From: an uncultured Gammaproteobacteria bacterium
GTDB lineage: Bacteria > Patescibacteriota > Microgenomatia > Daviesbacterales > UBA10151
Direction of reading: 5' to 3'
DNA: 64,000 nucleotides
NCBI GenBank assembly: GCA_964459095.1
Contig: CAYWKL010000002.1
Span: 2,858 to 66,857 of the forward strand
Of the stretch, positions 32,816 through 44,037 are shown in pieces (position 1 is the stretch's first letter; every line of letters starts with the position of its first letter). The translations under genes were made by a program, and so were the position numbers. The notes under the pieces were generated by a model. It was not told the origin of the DNA, did no database searches, and was given only the letters and a program-made list of their open reading frames with translations.

Positions 32816-33262
32816 TCAGCATCTTATCATAAACACGTTCCAGCCAAATATACTCCAATATACTTTCCTGCATTTCTTCGGATATTCAATATAACTCAGA
32901 TTCTTATAATCATCCAATTCAGTCCATGTATCATTTTCTGGATTATAAGCGAGATGGCAGCTTCCCCTGCAAGTGATGTTCCAGTTATAACTATAATCAC
33001 ATCTTCTAATAGTGGAGTTTGAAATAAATGTGTTGTTAAACCAAAAAGATGCATTGTTAAATAAGAGTATACTATCGTTTGCACTAAAGTTGAAAAGGCT
33101 TTGATTAATTGTGCCATTATCAGAACAACCATAATCATCTAAAGCTGATGTGAATTTTGAAGCATTGCATAATGCAAAATTGTATAATGCAAAATTACTT
33201 TCTGCTATAATTAAAGGCAATGAGATTAGCATAATTATTCCCAATATTAAATATTTCATCAT
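32816..33262 (-). CDS. secreted protein rich in N-x-S/T sequons
   Basis: Signal peptide and many potential N-glycosylation sites. Confidence 0.6.
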   Translation of the reverse strand: MMKYLILGIIMLISLPLIIAESNFALYNFALCNASKFTSALDDYGCSDNGTINQSLFNFSANDSILLFNNASFWFNNTFISNSTIRRCDYSYNWNITCRGSCHLAYNPENDTWTELDDYKNLSYIEYPKKCRKVYWSIFGWNVFMIRC

Positions 33263-33357
33263 TTCGTATCCTCGTTCTTACCATAATTTTATGTATATTG
33301 CTGTTACCACTACGAGAGTGATTACACTTAATATAAGCTGAACAATCCATAAATCTT

Positions 33358-33762
33358 TCATCTTCTCACCAGTACTATTTCATCATTTTCTTTGAGCTTG
33401 TGCTTATCCAGATTATTCTTTAAACAAGTTGCACTTGAGCATTGTTTGCCTCTCTGACAATAATCACAATTTACTTCACTCACTTTCTTTATCTCATAGT
33501 CTTTGAAGGGGATTTTATAGCCTGTGCCATCACATCTTTTACAGTCTGATACATCTTCATAATAGATGGGTATCCTATTTTTATCATATGCTTTAACATG
33601 AATTAAACAATCGCATTTCTCAAGATTCCTCAATGGATAGATGTGTATTATTTGCTGTCCTTTACCCACACATTTATAACACTCAAAAAACTTTTTATGA
33701 CCTGTTCCATCACATTCTTCACACTTCTGCTTTATTGTTAGAATTAATTTTGGCTGTTTCAT
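33358..33762 (-). CDS. DnaJ-type CxxCxGxG zinc-finger protein
   Basis: CEECDGTG, CYKCVGKG, CKRCDGTG. Confidence 0.7.
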   Translation of the reverse strand: MKQPKLILTIKQKCEECDGTGHKKFFECYKCVGKGQQIIHIYPLRNLEKCDCLIHVKAYDKNRIPIYYEDVSDCKRCDGTGYKIPFKDYEIKKVSEVNCDYCQRGKQCSSATCLKNNLDKHKLKENDEIVLVRR

Positions 33763-35388
33763 CTTATCCTGTCACACAAGTCTTTCATAGTCATATTGAT
33801 TGTGTAATTGCCATAGTCCAAACTTAAATTCATATTTGAGCAGGATATTATTATTCTTGGCTCATACTTTATGTCTGCTGTTGTAAATTGGCTGTCATTT
33901 AGAGTTGAATTGCCCATAAAATATTGTGCGCTGTCGTTTAGAGTTGAGTTTGCTATTCTATTACTTATTTCAAGATATGAGCATCCACTTATCAAAATCA
34001 AAATTCCGATTATAATTGGGAGTTGTTTCATCTTAGTCACAAAACTTGCACGATTCATTGCTATCAATAGTCAAGTCATGCCCTTCACATTCATCGTACT
34101 TTTCCTTCTCTTTCTGGAGTTTTTTCTGTATCTTAAAATAGTAATCAACATAATTTTCAATTTTTAATATCTCCTCCGCAAGCTGCTTTCTGCCTTCTTT
34201 GATGCCTTCAGCTTTGTATTTTCTTAATTTAATTAATACATCATTAACATAAGTATCCTCGAGTTCTTCTAAATTTAATATAAAAGATAAAAGGAATATT
34301 TCTTCTTTAGTTGATTTTTTGAGTATCTTGATTATATCTTTATTTATATTTGAAATGTTTAATTGATTATTCCTAAGAATCCTTGTAACCATATTATCAG
34401 TTATTTTCTCAATAATTTCTTTGTCGTTCATCTTAATTCTCCTTTGTGCCTTAGCACTCCATTTTCAACGAAAAACCCAGCTTTGATAAGTTCTTTTCTG
34501 TTGTAATATTTTCCCAATACATTAATATATCCTCTTTGCTCTTGTTTTGCACCAGCACATTGAGCCTTCGCATCTTTCGTCATGAGGATAATAATACGCT
34601 TCAAAAATGTAAGTAATTTGTTTTTCTCCTTCGCCTTCTTTAAAGAATCCTTTTTCTTTTATTTCCTCTGCAAATTGCTTTCTGCCTTGTAGTTTGGATT
34701 GTTCAACAATTTTCTTTAATTGTGCTTGTGTTATAGTTCCAGCTTCCAATAATGCTTTCTGCTTTCCTTGTTCAATACCTTTTTCAATTCCCAATACAAC
34801 TTTATCATTGATGGGGTAGCCATCTGGAATTTCAGCCATAATTTCTTTTAATATTTTCTCAATGATTTCTTTGTCGTTCAATTTACTCACCCAATATTTG
34901 CTCAAAAATACAGACTGCTTCTTCTTCGTCATCTGTTAAATATCCGTATTCATCAATAAACTTTTCTGTAATAAGTTCAACTATTTTATTTTCTTTGTCT
35001 TGCATTATATCATCTTTACATACTTCTTATACGCTTCATTTAGAGGTAATGTTTTATCCCAATGTTTTTCCCTAAATTCTTTAATTTCTTTAACTATTGT
35101 TAGCATTGAAGGTATATTTGAGCTCTTTTTGAGGATATCTTTCAGTTTCATTAATTCATTCATAGAGATATAAGGAATTGTATCTCTGTTATACCAGGCA
35201 ATAATACAGTTTTCAATTTGTTCATCTGTCAGTTTATATTTTTTCATGTGTTTCATCTTTCTCATATCCACATATTGACATAGCAATTTCAAACTTTCTT
35301 TTATAACTCATTTTTGAAAGGTCTTTATCTGTATATCCTTTTGTTTTTAATACATCATCCGCATTCATTTTGAAAACCTCATTGAACA

Positions 35389-35487
35389 TAATGTTCCCGA
35401 TTTCAAGAATGTTTTAATTTAGGCGAAGCCGTCTTGAAACCGCTTTTGGTGGTGCCAAAAACCGAAGGTTTTTTAGCATCGGAATTA
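35389..35487 (-). repeat. attC-like folded site A
   Basis: First 51 bp are identical to 45223-45273. Carries an extra ~39-nt hairpin insert (aaaaaccGAAggttttt). Confidence 0.85.
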
Positions 35488-35708
35488 TCGGCAGTCGCCC
35501 TATCATCATTAACTAATCTCATTATTAAATAAAGTATAAATGCAAAAGGGAGGATTCCAGAGAAAACTCCGAGTAAAACATCTTTATTTCTTGCACCTAA
35601 AAAATACCAAGATATTGCCATAAAATTAGTTATTATCATAGCAATAAATACTATTCTGAAATATAAATCTCTATATTCTTTTTGTTGTATGTACAATATA
35701 TTTGTCAT
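35403..35708 (-). CDS. 2-TM membrane protein (cassette 2b cargo; reads into site A)
   Basis: Bracketed by the IR attatcggcagtcgcc (35484-35499) / ggcgattgccgataat (35722-35737), 15/16 match. Confidence 0.7.
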   Translation of the reverse strand: MTNILYIQQKEYRDLYFRIVFIAMIITNFMAISWYFLGARNKDVLLGVFSGILPFAFILYLIMRLVNDDRATADNSDAKKPSVFGTTKSGFKTASPKLKHS

Positions 35709-35733
35709 TTTTTACCTCGTTGGCGATTGCCGA

Positions 35734-35890
35734 TAATGTATAATTTCACGAAGATTTGTCAACAATATCTAATAATATCTCTTTCCTTTTTATTCCACAG
35801 CCATCGCAGTACATATCATTGCCATATTGACTAAATTTTTTATGTTGACAAACTTTGGGCGAATCGGGATGAGCCGTGAAATTATTATTA
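35734..35890 (-). repeat. attC-like folded site B
   Basis: TAATgt-ataatttcacg...cgtgaaattat-t-ATTA with inner stem aagatttgtcaaca/tgttgacaaactt; homologous to site D. Confidence 0.85.
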
Positions 35891-36015
35891 TGAGAAGGTT
35901 TGAGGTTCTCTTCTCTTTCTGCATTTTCATTATAGATTAAATTAATTTCCCTTGTGATGATTTTCAACGCATCACGAATTCTATTTATTTTATTTCTTAA
36001 TTGTTTATCTTCCAT
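35746..36015 (-). CDS. hypothetical protein (cassette 2a cargo; reads through site B)
   Basis: IR attatgagaaggtttgaggttctc (35887-35910) / gaaaacctcaaaacttttgtttaat (36019-36043). Confidence 0.65.
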   Translation of the reverse strand: MEDKQLRNKINRIRDALKIITREINLIYNENAEREENLKPSHNNNFTAHPDSPKVCQHKKFSQYGNDMYCDGCGIKRKEILLDIVDKSS

Positions 36016-36031
36016 TTTGAAAACCTCAAAA

Positions 36032-36059
36032 CTTTTGTTTAATGTATATGGTTAAAAAA
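36032..36059 (-). repeat. Array-2 entry site C (attI/dif-like 11-6-11, no hairpin)
   Basis: cttttgtttaa TGTATA tggttaaaaaa. Confidence 0.6.
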
Positions 36060-36086
36060 TCAGCGTGATATCATTTTATACAATTT

Positions 36087-36497
36087 TTATGTTTCTCCTT
36101 GATTGTTAGGATTGGTTTTGTCTATTTCATCTTTAAGCTTGTACAGCAGCAATTCAAATTCTTTGGCGGTATACCTTTTCTTAAATTCCTTGTTGTATGC
36201 TTCTTTCTGGCCGTATACATATTCCGGATTTTTTTCAATCTTTTCTATTGCTAATTTCAGGAATTCTTTCTCCGGCTCGGTAAGTGCGCTGCGGCTGTAG
36301 AAAGGATTGCTTTCTAATAACTCATCAATGTGCTTTATTTTTAGCAGGAGCCTCTCCCTTTCTGCCAGTATAAACTCCTTGGACAGGTAATCGGAGTTTA
36401 TGTAATTTCTGATTTTGTCTGTTGTGTTTTTCCCCTCCATTGCGCTGTCTATCCTGTCGATTATATCGTCTGGGATTTCGATGTGTATCATTACCAT
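36087..36497 (-). CDS. RHH-domain protein
   Basis: N-terminal MIHIEIPDDIIDRID....NTTDKIRNYI; own TATA box at 36529-36536. Confidence 0.6.
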   Translation of the reverse strand: MVMIHIEIPDDIIDRIDSAMEGKNTTDKIRNYINSDYLSKEFILAERERLLLKIKHIDELLESNPFYSRSALTEPEKEFLKLAIEKIEKNPEYVYGQKEAYNKEFKKRYTAKEFELLLYKLKDEIDKTNPNNQGET

Positions 36498-36539
36498 TTT
36501 ATATCACCAAATATAAGTAATACGAGCTTATTTATATGG

Positions 36540-37300
36540 TTTTCTATTTAATATTAAAACGTATGATATTTGGGTGTAATATATATAAATAGGGAATATT
36601 AGGGATATATTATATATTTCATTAATTATTTTATATATTGAAAATATGTAGTAAATTGTTGTTGTGTAATATTATTTTGTTTATTGTATATATTGAAATT
36701 ATATGATTAATATAAAAAATTTCATAGTGCCTAACCATTTTCTCACTCGTAAATTTTACATAAATTTTACCTTTAAGTTACTCATAAAAAAATTGAATAC
36801 ACCCCATCGTTTCCACTGGAATGTAGGAAAATAAATGTTTTGACGACGATAACACTCCCATTTCCTATGGAAAAATAAAAAAGGGAGGGGGTCCCTGAAA
36901 TTAAAAATATATATATTTCCTATACTATCTGTTTGTATAAAATATTAAAATGTATGTTGTGTGGTTTAAAGTTATATATAATATTAAAAATATATTATAT
37001 ATTAAAAAATACCATATAGTTAGGTATTACATAATTAATATAAGATATATATATATTTTTGTTTTTTTGTACCCCCCTCCAAATTGCGTTCCAGTGGAAA
37101 TGAACGTAGCGGTCGTTAGGCTGTACAATTTACTCACTACCCTTTAAGCTCTACTTCCACTGGAACACGAGTGAAATTTAGTATGTATTTATATACTATT
37201 AAAATCAAAAAAACACATATGTTTCCTATGGAATATTTGATATAGGAAAATATAAACAACATTCTAAACTATTAAAAATATATTATATATTATTTAATAA
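36540..37300. other. Archaeal-type replication origin (ORB boxes plus AT-rich unwinding element)
   Basis: Five TTCC-N3-GGAA boxes (36811, 36862, 37089, 37155, 37223), GTTCCAGTGGAAATGAA at 37088, G-string at 36883-36891, extremely AT-rich non-coding DNA. Confidence 0.8.
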
Positions 37301-37305
37301 ACACA

Positions 37306-37920
37306 CTATTCTATCCTCTCTATCATACCATTCTTATGGTGTATGACACAACCTCTATAACTTAATATCTTCATTGGCCAATAAAAATACTGAAGATAAT
37401 CATGGCGCGAACCAAAGAATTTGTCAAACTGAAATGTTCCAGAATCCCTGTTAAACCGCGTTATACCTAACTCCCTGCAGATATTCTCGGCCACTGTTGA
37501 TGTTCTTACCTTTCTACCTAAAGGCTGCCTTAAAACCACATTCTTCCATATTCTTCCAACAAGCACCTTGTCTACGTTATGCTTAAACTCTTTTACGCTA
37601 ATTTCACCAGTCTCCGGGTCCTCAACTTTTCTATGCTCAGTTACCTGGTAAATCTTTGGAAATTCCCTGATATCCTTGAAGTCAATACCTTTGAACGGCT
37701 GCGTTGCGACTTCTTGCTTCTTAAAGTCTTCCCGCAATCCGGGAACCTCTACAGTGCCGACAATGGCTTCTACCTTTTCAATGTCCGAGTACTTAAACAC
37801 CCATAAATAACCTTTTGAATAATAGTCATATATTGGATTAACAATCGTTAACTTCATCAATGGCTCATACTCTGTTCTAAGGTATTTCAACCTTATCCCA
37901 AAATACAGTTCTGATTTCAT
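37306..37920 (-). CDS. Origin-adjacent protein, possible C-terminal winged helix
   Basis: 204-aa ORF abutting the ori; fold guessed from pattern only. Confidence 0.5.
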   Translation of the reverse strand: MKSELYFGIRLKYLRTEYEPLMKLTIVNPIYDYYSKGYLWVFKYSDIEKVEAIVGTVEVPGLREDFKKQEVATQPFKGIDFKDIREFPKIYQVTEHRKVEDPETGEISVKEFKHNVDKVLVGRIWKNVVLRQPLGRKVRTSTVAENICRELGITRFNRDSGTFQFDKFFGSRHDYLQYFYWPMKILSYRGCVIHHKNGMIERIE

Positions 37921-38091
37921 ATTACCTTAGAAATAAATTTCAATATTTTCCACTTTCTAATCATAATTAATGGTATAACATTCTTTGGTCCAGCGTAGCT
38001 TGGAATCACCTTTTCTTTTTTCCATCGTTGAATAATTTTCTCTATATCCCTCCTTATCAATTCATTTTCAATTTTACGTTGTTCAAACATC

Positions 38092-38421
38092 TCAATCACT
38101 TCCATTCTTATACAACTCATTCAACTCAGTATGACATCCATCACACAAAGGCACAAACACATTGTATTTTGCCTTAAGCATGTTTGGCAGCGAATGGTGG
38201 GAAGTTATCTGCTTCTCAAATATCTTTCCACACCTAAAGCAAAGGTTTCCCAATATATGTATGTTTGTTCCGTTTATCTTAAAGTGAATGTGGTTTACAA
38301 GATGTTCAAGCTCTGTGGCAAAGGATTTGCGCATAACATACTCCTCGCCGTTAATCATCACTTTGTAAGTATTGATAAAATGTATATCCTTGATTTTAGG
38401 CTGCTCCATCACCCACCTCAT
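38092..38421 (-). CDS. HNH-like Zn-finger protein
   Basis: CFRCG....ITSHH.LP.....NVFVPLCDGCH. Confidence 0.6.
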   Translation of the reverse strand: MRWVMEQPKIKDIHFINTYKVMINGEEYVMRKSFATELEHLVNHIHFKINGTNIHILGNLCFRCGKIFEKQITSHHSLPNMLKAKYNVFVPLCDGCHTELNELYKNGSD

Positions 38422-38585
38422 TAAACCTTCACACAGGGTTTATTTGATTTTCAATTATAATCATCATAGCTATAACTAAAAACAAAACAAACCAAATCAA
38501 TTTCATTGTCCTGTCCCCTTTTGATTTATCCCATAAGGTAGACACCATCCCAATAATGCTTACCATCAAAATCCCAAATTGTAAG

Positions 38586-38948
38586 TCACTCATTTTTCAC
38601 CTCCACATCTCTCAATGTCCATAACTTCCCCTTACCCTTATTGCCTACCTTCCTCCATCCCCACACAGAAATCTTACCGCCGGCTTTTACCCATGTCTTG
38701 GCATTATTGTTTTCTTTAATCTTAGCAACTCTTGCTGCAACATTGCCGCCATCTCCAGTAGTGGCTTGCACAATCAAAAACTCCATCCTCTCCGAATGAA
38801 CAGCCAAAATGTCTCCGAAAGAAAAGAGGTCCTGCCGGATTTTTACCCAGGGATTAAACTTCTCAACTACTGCCACCATGTAGCCGCGCTTCCTCAACTC
38901 CTTCAAGCTCAATGCAGTCGGGCTTATTCTTTTAGTTTTCTTTGTCAT
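38586..38948 (-). CDS. PD-(D/E)XK nuclease, Holliday-junction-resolvase-like
   Basis: L..RGY.V..VE ... DLFSFGDILAV....LIVQAT. Confidence 0.7.
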   Translation of the reverse strand: MTKKTKRISPTALSLKELRKRGYMVAVVEKFNPWVKIRQDLFSFGDILAVHSERMEFLIVQATTGDGGNVAARVAKIKENNNAKTWVKAGGKISVWGWRKVGNKGKGKLWTLRDVEVKNE

Positions 38949-41019
38949 TCTACTTTTCTCAAATAAACTTCAGGTCGGGAAAAGTCTCATCAATTATAAT
39001 TTTAAATTTATGAATTTTATTTTCATATACTACTCTTTCTCCTCTTTCCCATGATTTAACATTTTCAACTATAAGCATATCAACTCTTTCTTTCAGCCTT
39101 TCAACTGCTAGCTTAACTGAATTAATAGCAAAGTACATATCACAATCTTCAAAATGTTTACCATCTATGTGTGGTCTTCCATCAAAACATTCAATTTTAT
39201 TCTTTAATGATTTATTCATTTTTATCCTCCCACCTCACCAGTTCATCTTCCCCTCATACTTTGTATTGCAGTTCCTGCAGTAATAATTCCCGTTCAGCCC
39301 GTCAATCTTGAAGTTGTGTTTCTTGCACTTCTTGCAAGTTCTCTTTGGATAATTTGCCATCCTGCCCCCCTTCAAACATACTTTTCACTTTCACAACTAT
39401 CCCTTTTGCAGACTTCAATGAAGCCTTGTAATATTCATAGGACAGTTTTGGCTCTGTTATAAAAGTTGAAATAACAATCAGCACCAGCACAATCATTAAA
39501 ATGTTTTGGATTAATCCCATGATTATTCATCCCCCTCAATGTATGGCAATCTTAATGCCGTCATATCTCTCTGTTTTTGGCTTTGCTTTGCAATTCAAGG
39601 TTGTGCCATCAAAACTATCAAAATCTTTCTTATATCTTTCTTCGCAGATTGCCTGCCCTAATTTGATGTAGTGTACAGGATTATCATCAAATGTATGACT
39701 TTCTTTTTTATTACCATAGCATTGCCAATCACACCACCCTTTCCCATTATCACAAACTGAACTCACATCGTAATAACCCTGGCTCAAACAATATTGACTC
39801 TTAATATCCTCTCTACCAGGTCTTACTGCACAAGCACTTAGTAGTAACAAACTTAATACCCCCACCAACAATATTATCCTTTTCACTCTTAGTCACCTCC
39901 AAATTTTTATTTAATCTCCCTGCACTTTTCATCATGGTAATAAGCTTTGTATGCCCTCCCTTCCCATGATTTAAAAATATAGATGCAGGAGCTTTCCTTC
40001 TCTATCCACTGCCCACACCCTATACATTTCTTTGGCTTTGTTATATTGTTTAGACTATACACCTTTTTCATAATTCTCTTACCTCAAAATCCCCCTTGCT
40101 TAAATCCATCTTCTTTCTTATGTCCTTCAGGAAATACTCCTTTTCAATCAAGTCATTGAATTGCATCACCACCAGTCTGCCGTCGTGTATTAATTTCATC
40201 TTTCCCAAAAATTAAATAATATCAATCTGTTCTTTCTTAAACGGAATGACTATAGGCTCCTGCAGTTCTTCCTGTATCGGGGCTACCCAATTCTCACTAA
40301 GCAGCCTTCTGAACCCATCCAGCATCCCGTCGATATCACTCAGCAGGATGTCAATGCCGGATATATCCTTGGATTTTCTTAAAGCATACTCCATTATCCT
40401 GGCCTCTTTCAGGCTCAATCCCACATTCAAATTTACACTGCCATTTTCTATTTCCATTTTCCTACCTCCTTATCCATACACATCTTCTAGATATTATCTC
40501 TCCCACTGCCCCTTGGCAGGTTCTCCTACTACTTTATTATTATTTATCCAAATCTTATAGTTTGTACCCATATAATACATAATAACAAATAGAAGTACTA
40601 TTGATATAAGGGATTCCACCAAATCATACCAATTGCCGGTAACCCCAATATACAGCAACACGAGACTACCAACTACCCACACAATATTTATCTGCTGGAT
40701 TTTGTTTATCATCTTTCCCTCCTCTTATAATTTGCTGGAGGAACATTAAGGTTCACCCAGTATCCTTTCTTCTTAAGCATCTCAACGCAATCCTCTGTAG
40801 TCAGTTCTTTGTTCTTCCTAAAACCACCATACCATCTATCAACATATGCCCCAGCCAAAAATCCAATTCCCAATCCTGCAATAAACCAAGTCACATCAAA
40901 TCACCTCATAAAAGACATAACTATAGTTACTAATAAAAACAAACAGATATCTCTCCACAACAAAGTTAGCGGTTTAACTATAAGATACCCATTCCGATAA
41001 TGCCAATTCCAATCCATTT

Positions 41020-42228
41020 TTATACACCTTCACTCTCTTTTACATTTTCTTTTGGCTGTTCCAAACCAACAATTCCCAAATCAAATGGCCTTGCCAACCT
41101 GTTAAGGATTGATTTTGCGCTTGCTTCACTGCTCACCCTGATACTCTCAATTACCTTCCCAGTGTCAAAACCTCCTCCTGAATCACTTCCAACAAATACT
41201 TTCATCTCAGCTTGTTCCAATGCCCTTGCAGAGGCAACTCCAATCGCTTGCTGCATTTCAACAACTTTTTCCGCAACCAATGCCCTTATTGCCTTATCCT
41301 CAAACTTGTTTAATGCTTGCTGCAGTTTTTCCTTTGCATCCGCTTCTGCAAATCCCCTTTCCCTTAATGGTGAAGCATCTCCTTTGCTTTTTCTTCTGCC
41401 CTCAACCTGTCGCCTTCGCCTTCAAGCCGTTTTTGTGTTTTATTAATTTCTTCCACATCCATCCTTAAGTTTGCTTCAACAATTGACCTCTCCTTTTCTA
41501 TCTCTTGAGTTTTAACTTGCTGAACTCTAAACACCTCTAATTCTTTCTCTCTTGCCTCTTTCTGTTTTTCAGCAACTTTCATATTCTTCTCTTGTTCCCG
41601 TTTTGCAACTTCTTCATCTCGCATTATCTCCCTTTTTTTAGCCTCTTCGTCTGCTTCCGCTTCTTTGAATCTTGCAATCTTTGCCTGCTCAGCATTTTTC
41701 TGCCTTGCTTCGGAATTTATCTGCCTTTCTATTATAGATGAAATATCATGGATAACTCTTGAGTCAACCCCAAAAGAGGGGTCAGGGTCTTTAAAATCAA
41801 TTAATTCAAGACTCTTTAATTCAAGCCCCCAATTGGATATAGTCTCACTCAATATGGGATTGATTGCTTCAATTATATCCTGCCTATTATTAATTACTTC
41901 CCTTATTGCTTTCTTGGTGGTAACATCTCTCGTCGTAGACTGCACTATAACTGAAATCTGCTCATTTAATACCCTCAAATCCCCGCCAAACCTTTTTGCA
42001 GCTTCTATTGGGTCCTTGACTACTACATAAGTTATTATATCACAAACAAACCTAGCCCTATCCTTATCAAATGCCAGGAAGTTTGGAACATTAACGGGGA
42101 TAATGTTTAGTGGTATCCTATGGACCTGCATACCTAACTTAAGCATAAAAAACCAGCTTGGTATCTGAAAATAGGCGCTCTTGCCATCCGCACTATACTG
42201 CTTATGCGGCGAATATACCCTTCCTTTT
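41020..42228 (-). pseudogene. Flotillin/SPFH gene, 5'-truncated and frameshifted
   Basis: Frame is open from KGRVYSP...GKSAYFQIP (bounded upstream by TGA) through the SPFH and A/E/K-rich coil. A -1 shift near 41383 restores KGDASPLRERGFAEA...VAEKVVE. Confidence 0.75.
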
Positions 42229-42724
42229 CAATATAAACATCATTCCCATTGTCTATATCCTTGTAAGCACGCTCCATATCCTCTAACGTCTTAAACACAA
42301 TCTTATCCCCCTGGGTCCTTGAACCCAACGAAAAATCTTCAACTTTGTATGTTTCCATTTCATTCACCTCTCATAATAAAATGAATCCGTGGATGGTTCT
42401 GTATTTGTATCACTCTTCTGTTTTAGTTTCTTCTCCAACACGCTTAACATTTTATCAAATATAGTCTTGAAGGTTTCATCCAATCTATCCACCCTATACT
42501 CCAATTTTACAATTCTTTCTCTTAATTCAGTAAGTTCATCCATCTTCAATCACCTCTACCTTTATCCCACCCTCTGCGCTTGCACGCAGGGCATTCTTTT
42601 GATTTGTGCTCCACTCTTGGTATCCATTCATGCCCGCACTTCCTGCATTTGTTCTTCTTCATCGACATCACCTTTGATTATGATAATCATAGCAAATATA
42701 AATAGTTTTGCTTTCCTGACAATT

Positions 42725-43210
42725 TTACGGACAATTTTTGTCCGAATTTTCTGACAATTTTTTCCTCATATCAAAAATTCTTGGGAAGAGCTTATGTTGA
42801 AAATTTTTTCTATTTTCATTAGGAGTAACAATCTCGAGGTTAACCTTCCGATTATCTAATGTATCATGATTTATATGATTTACAACCAACCCTTTAGGAG
42901 GTTTTATTATTAGACGATGCATTCTTTCTGTCTTTCCATCAATAACCGTCCTAGCATAACCTCCAGCATTACTCCATTTATACTTTTGAATCTTCTCTAT
43001 ATCCTCAACATCTATCTTTGTAACACCCACAATCTTTTGCTTGTTATCCCTTAAATAAATTTCAGCAAACTCATCATAAACATAAATATCATTTGGTGTC
43101 CAAGTATTCCTCTTTTCTTCCATACTCCAAATAATATCTAACTTATTTACATAGTTTACTATTTTGACATTCTCAGTAACAATTTTACTTGATTGAGAAT
43201 ATATCCACAT
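42725..43210 (-). CDS. HNH homing endonuclease (HNH_3 type)
   Basis: KID.ED...I..YKW...GYA....MHRLI.......VNHINHDTLDNRKVNL. Confidence 0.88.
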   Translation of the reverse strand: MWIYSQSSKIVTENVKIVNYVNKLDIIWSMEEKRNTWTPNDIYVYDEFAEIYLRDNKQKIVGVTKIDVEDIEKIQKYKWSNAGGYARTVIDGKTERMHRLIIKPPKGLVVNHINHDTLDNRKVNLEIVTPNENRKNFQHKLFPRIFDMRKKLSENSDKNCP

Positions 43211-43805
43211 TCTTTACTTTGGTATCCACTTCTTTGATGTACTCCATTTCAATAGATTTCTCATAATCGGGATTTATTATAAGCAGTTCATTGCGCGGCA
43301 CATCTATACTATTAATGCTTTTGTATCTCCCTTTGTAATTTAAAACAATCTCTTTCAGCTGCGAACCATTGACAAGATTGTTAACATTGATTGATTTTAT
43401 TACCCACCGCTCTATTTTGCCGCAGATGGTGCTATTGAACTCCCTTAGTGAGGGGCTGCTCAAAATAACCCAATTATTATTATGATAAACAAAATCAACA
43501 AATAGGTTTAGCTGTTCTGTATACCGGCGATTGTTTAAATTTAATTTAGATATTTCATCCAGCACAATCAGGCAATTCTTCTTGGTGGCAAGCTGCTCCA
43601 GAGAACTCACCTCATAAATTTCCTTAAAATTCTTGTTAAGCCATTCAAGGACAGGCTCCTCAAGGCCATACACATAGATGCGGACATCCTTCTTATGCTG
43701 CCTGAAATCCTTGATTAATGCTATCAAATTGTTTGTCTTTCCGCTATCCTTCTCGCCTGCCAATCCTACAATCCTACAATTTCCAAATACCTCTTTCAAT
43801 TTCAT
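43185..43805 (-). CDS. P-loop NTPase (possibly Zot/assembly-ATPase-like)
   Basis: IVGLAGEKDSGKT Walker A; LIVLDEI Walker B. Confidence 0.75.
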   Translation of the reverse strand: MKLKEVFGNCRIVGLAGEKDSGKTNNLIALIKDFRQHKKDVRIYVYGLEEPVLEWLNKNFKEIYEVSSLEQLATKKNCLIVLDEISKLNLNNRRYTEQLNLFVDFVYHNNNWVILSSPSLREFNSTICGKIERWVIKSINVNNLVNGSQLKEIVLNYKGRYKSINSIDVPRNELLIINPDYEKSIEMEYIKEVDTKVKNVDIFSIK

Positions 43806-44037
43806 ACTCTTACCTCCTTAAGCTTAACATATTAATAGATTACTTACTTTTATGAGAGCGTTGTCGATGTGATTCATCTGCTTGTATATTTGTTATAAAA
43901 TATAATATCAAAAATCCATAAGTCAATGCAAAAAATAAAACAAACAAAAATTTATGGACAAAAAAACATTATATTAGTTCCTAAACTAAACATCATAATA
44001 TACTCCTTTTGTCCATCTGTTAAATATATGTTTTTAT

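Noticed and set aside
39235-39360. 41-aa CxxC..CxxC ORF resembling ribosomal protein L37ae
   Set aside because: Too short and generic; only a zinc ribbon can be supported.
34930-44027. 14-bp match catctgttaaatat downstream of arrays 2 and 3
   Set aside because: Short and AT-rich with no shared structure; plausibly chance.
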